DNA of 39,565 bases from Circinaria calcarea. Taxonomy: Eukaryota. Below the pieces are notes generated by a model. It ran no database searches, had not been told where the DNA came from, and saw only the letters and a list, made by a program, of their open reading frames with translations. A program made the translations under genes and the position numbers. The stretch's first letter is position 1. Each line of letters begins with the position of its first letter. This document shows positions 36,157-39,565 of this stretch, one piece after another. The stretch is taken from assembly GCA_051942165.1 (NCBI GenBank), contig JAVECS010000025.1:1-39565 (forward strand), read 5' to 3'.

Positions 36157-37772
36157 TCATGAAGGATCCGTACTCCCCATTCTGCCTTGAACCTCGGTGC
36201 GTTGTAGCTTGGCGGCGGTGTCTCTAATTTTACGCTCCGCAGTAAGTAGTACTGTATGTTGAGCTCCTCGAAGTTCTAAAGATGTTACCATCTTGATCTT
36301 CGCCATGAGACTTCCCAGTCTCTTCAACTGCAAGAAGATCAGCACTCTAATTAGATGCTCCCATTCTTCCCGTTGGTCGATTTCGTAATTGCCGAAGAAA
36401 ACCTTCCGACGACACTCGTCACCCTTTCGTGAGCTCCTCTCTTCAATCCCATGCTTGGAGCCAAAGCAAACATGGGGTTGCCAAGTGTGTTGCAGAAACC
36501 TGGACGCGATTCTATCACACATGGCTACCAACTTTTCGCAGACAACAGCAAGCAACATCATGTTTTCCGATCGAGCGGTACATATTAGGCAACGTAGCAT
36601 AGTATTGCAGCGATGCAAAGCCTCTTTGTGATACGCTAAAGCTGAATCCAGTATCGCCGAGTCAATAGCGTTACTCCGGTACTCTGTTTCTTCGAGTAGG
36701 AGGACAAGCGTCTGTAGGCATTGACAAGACGAGTGTGCGTGGTATGATGATGGAATCATGCTCTCCGCATTCTGGGTAATCTGAGCCGCTCGATTGCCGT
36801 AGGTTAGTGGCGGTGTGCATATGCCCACGTTATCCCGGTGTGTGGGCTGCTGCAGATGTAGTTTATCCGCGTGCGCCATAGGATAGGCTGTTGAGGAAGG
36901 CGAAGGTAAGACCGAATGTGGCCGAGTCATAGGAGTAAGTATGGCTTTGGTGGATAAGGTAGGCCGGCCTGCACACGATTGGGCAATGTGCTGTTAGTCA
37001 AGTTTCATCGATTTATATTGGTTGGTACATAACAGCATACCCTGAGTATGGTCTGAAGAAGCGCTATTGCTGTCCAGGATTGGAGAGCCGAAAGGAAAAG
37101 AGTCATTCGCATTACTATCTGTGTGAAAGGTGTAGTCTGGGGTCGTCGTGTTATAGTTTCCTACACCGTGGGAGCCATAATCGGGCATGATGTCTCGCAA
37201 CATCTGGTCTGAGATTATACAATCTTCCTCAAAGCTCGGCACTGGCGACCCAAGTCCACCGAGCATATCATCCTCTGCAGGATCCCTGCCCTGCTCATGT
37301 TGAAACGGATTATTCTCTTGCCTTGGCGGTGTCCCTATTTGCTGGCCTACTGCGGCCTCTGTTGACTGTGGAGCAAAGACATTCGTCGAGCCGAGCTGGG
37401 TTGGAGGAGCTGCTCCTGACTGGGACGATAGGCCCTTTTCCTGTAACCGTGTGTCGGGCCGCTTGCGCCGTCTTGTACCCTTTCCATCCACAGTTTCCGA
37501 ATACACGCAGGAAGTCGCTGTGGCTCTGCATCGATCACATCCAGACTTTTGGCCGCTACATCTGAGCTGTTAAGGGGAGTCCTGGTGATTAGCTATGGAG
37601 CTTTACGCAGAAGTTGCTATCGCAACGGTAGCCTAACCTTTTTGAATCGACACTTGTCACATGCAGAATGCTGAGGAACATGAGCCCCAGCATCACCGAG
37701 TAAAGATCCATTGGGCCGCTCTGTGAACTCGCTACCGTTACGCTGCGGGTCGTAACGCAAGGTGCCGAACAT
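36157..37772 (-). CDS. Zn(II)2Cys6 pathway-specific transcription factor
   Basis: ATG at 37772, MFGTLRY...HSACDKCRFKK|LRCSGQKSGCDRCRATATSCVY; all six Cys are present once an intron is removed. The C-terminal CQCL...CNTMLRCLIC region resembles AflR-type cluster regulators. Confidence 0.9.
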
Positions 37773-38205
37773 TGTCTTTCGCCCGAAGTCGATTGTAGAT
37801 GACTAGGGGACGAGCAGCGAGAACCCGAACTCTCTATATGCAAGGTGGAAAAGATATCTTGACCGGTGACCAGTGTCGACTTCTCTACACAAGTCTCTCG
37901 TAGACCACCAAGGGACTACATGGAGTTTACCACAGGCCCAAGTTCCGAGTAGTAAAAGGCGGCTTGGCTGGGCGATATATGTTATGTAGCACAGCATTAC
38001 AGCGGTAGATTGACAGATTCGAATGCGCTCAGATGGCACAGTTAGGCTTTTGAACTGCTTGTAGGGGCCAATATTGCCAGTAACGTAGGGAATGCTTGCT
38101 GGCTCGTGGCAAGACTTGATTGACCGAACTGATACAATCCTGTGGGCATTGATCCTACATTCCACGTGCCAAGGATTCAGCCGCCTGAGGTTTGGCGATT
38201 TGATA

Positions 38206-38271
38206 GAGGTTACGACTTAAATGGTAGTAGTCGCCAAGGCGTTAATGGTCTACCATTAAAGTCGTAACCTC
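38206..38271. repeat. Inverted repeat, 22-bp arms (1 mismatch), 22-nt spacer
   Basis: GAGGTTACGACTTAAATGGTAG (38206-38227) pairs with CTACCATTAAAGTCGTAACCTC (38250-38271). Confidence 0.9.
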
Positions 38272-39092
38272 AATTTGAGATCGAGGCTCGAGCTGAAGTG
38301 ACTAGACGGTCCAGGGATTGGATAAAAATGTAGTTAATATGCAGTACGACCCTAGGATGCGGAGTAGGCTGTGAGTAACCTGGTGTATTCTACGATAGAG
38401 TTTGTACCCTGTAAGTAAGGCGTCCAAGCCCGACCAAGGGTTGACCGATAACGAACTGCGAACGCGATGGAATCTTAATAACAGCGGCCTAAGCCGCATA
38501 TTTCGCCTGAAACAGCTTAACATCTACCAGAAATCTAGATAATACAGCGGATAAGAAATTTTTAGTGAAAAGCCTAATAACTACTCTGAAGGCTACACGC
38601 CTGAACTTATAAATAAATGCCGAAGGTGTCTACGGAGTACCGTATTGGTTGTATTTACCGAAGGATTTGGCGGATCTAGCGGAATATTAAGCGGACTGCT
38701 AGATTATGCTAGTAAAGGATAATTTCTGATTTCAAATTGGCTATAAAACAGAAATGGATAACGGTATAGCTTATTAAAATAATATTTTGCGTACGTCCGT
38801 ATTACCAAACTCATACGTGCAGCCAATTTTTATTAAATAAATATCGATCCAATAGTCGCGTCTGTAGCAGTACGGAATTAGCTTTCCGCCTGCCATTCCC
38901 ATATATCCTATATTAGAATCAGCGAATCTGAGTAGAATAAGACTACCCTTGCTATTAAATCAGAAACGATAACGAAGAAGCTCGCTATTTTTCTCGAATA
39001 TCTAGACCTGTTTGTTAAATTCGGAAATATATTACCTTTATTTTTTTTCAAGACTTCCAGTCTTTACCGTATGGAATGTCAGCCAAAACAAA

Positions 39093-39497
39093 TTAGAAGG
39101 CATAAACGGATCGGAGGAGTCGAACCTCTACTAGAAATACCCCCGTCAAGACCGCAACAATCGCATAGTGGACCCCAACGGCGAAAAGAGCAATGCTAGC
39201 GTTGAAGGTGGGAACCGCCAGGCAGAGGATAAAAGTAGAGAATATGGAAAGAGAAGCCGCTAACGCAAAGTCCTTAAGGGTTTTCAACGATGTGAAGAGA
39301 AGGAGATGCTTCCACTCAATGGGATTGAAATCGATCGGCGAGTCAAACTCGATGTCGAGGTCCATCCAATTTCGAGTAATGTATTTTCCTCTAGGCTGTC
39401 GTACTGGTGCCATTCTCGCGGGCGATGAATTACGCTGAGAGGTAGTGCTGGACGCCGCTCTGGTATCGAATGACGATGGCGTACCGTAAAGAGACAT
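39093..39497 (-). CDS. Hypothetical small membrane protein (2 predicted TM segments)
   Basis: 134-aa ATG-initiated ORF with a Ser/Arg-rich N-terminus and hydrophobic stretches FALAASLSIFSTFILCLAV and IALFAVGVHYAIVAVLTGVFLV; no family recognised. Confidence 0.5.
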   Translation of the reverse strand: MSLYGTPSSFDTRAASSTTSQRNSSPARMAPVRQPRGKYITRNWMDLDIEFDSPIDFNPIEWKHLLLFTSLKTLKDFALAASLSIFSTFILCLAVPTFNASIALFAVGVHYAIVAVLTGVFLVEVRLLRSVYAF

Positions 39498-39565
39498 TCA
39501 ACTAATATAATATTGCATAGAAATAATCGCGCCCCTCGCATGCACCTGCTAGTTTTCTACTATCT

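Noticed and set aside
38290..39060. Possible degraded transposon to the right of the TF
   Set aside because: AT-rich and full of stop codons, but no transposase/RT motif or terminal repeat pair could be identified.

Overview
Filamentous-ascomycete genomic DNA with intron-containing genes. It carries what looks like a complete terpene-polyketide hybrid biosynthetic gene cluster (about 568-37772), bounded on the left by the 3' end of a housekeeping P5A-ATPase (Spf1-like). The cluster has 13 genes: an aristolochene synthase-like sesquiterpene cyclase, a highly reducing PKS (KS-AT-DH-cMT-ER-KR-ACP, no release domain), a Tri101/BAHD-type acyltransferase, five cytochrome P450s, two SDRs, a BBE-like FAD oxidoreductase, an HMG-CoA synthase and a Zn2Cys6 transcription factor. 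The inferred product is a heavily oxidised eremophilane sesquiterpene esterified with a methyl-branched reduced polyketide chain. The embedded HMG-CoA synthase, for precursor supply or self-resistance, is the most unusual element. Smaller observations include a probable GC-AG intron, a RIP-like damaged P450 5' end, recurring CGG-N6/7-CCG promoter motifs, a long polypurine tract and a 22-bp-arm hairpin. Exon boundaries were read by eye, and family assignments come from recognised motifs, not database searches.
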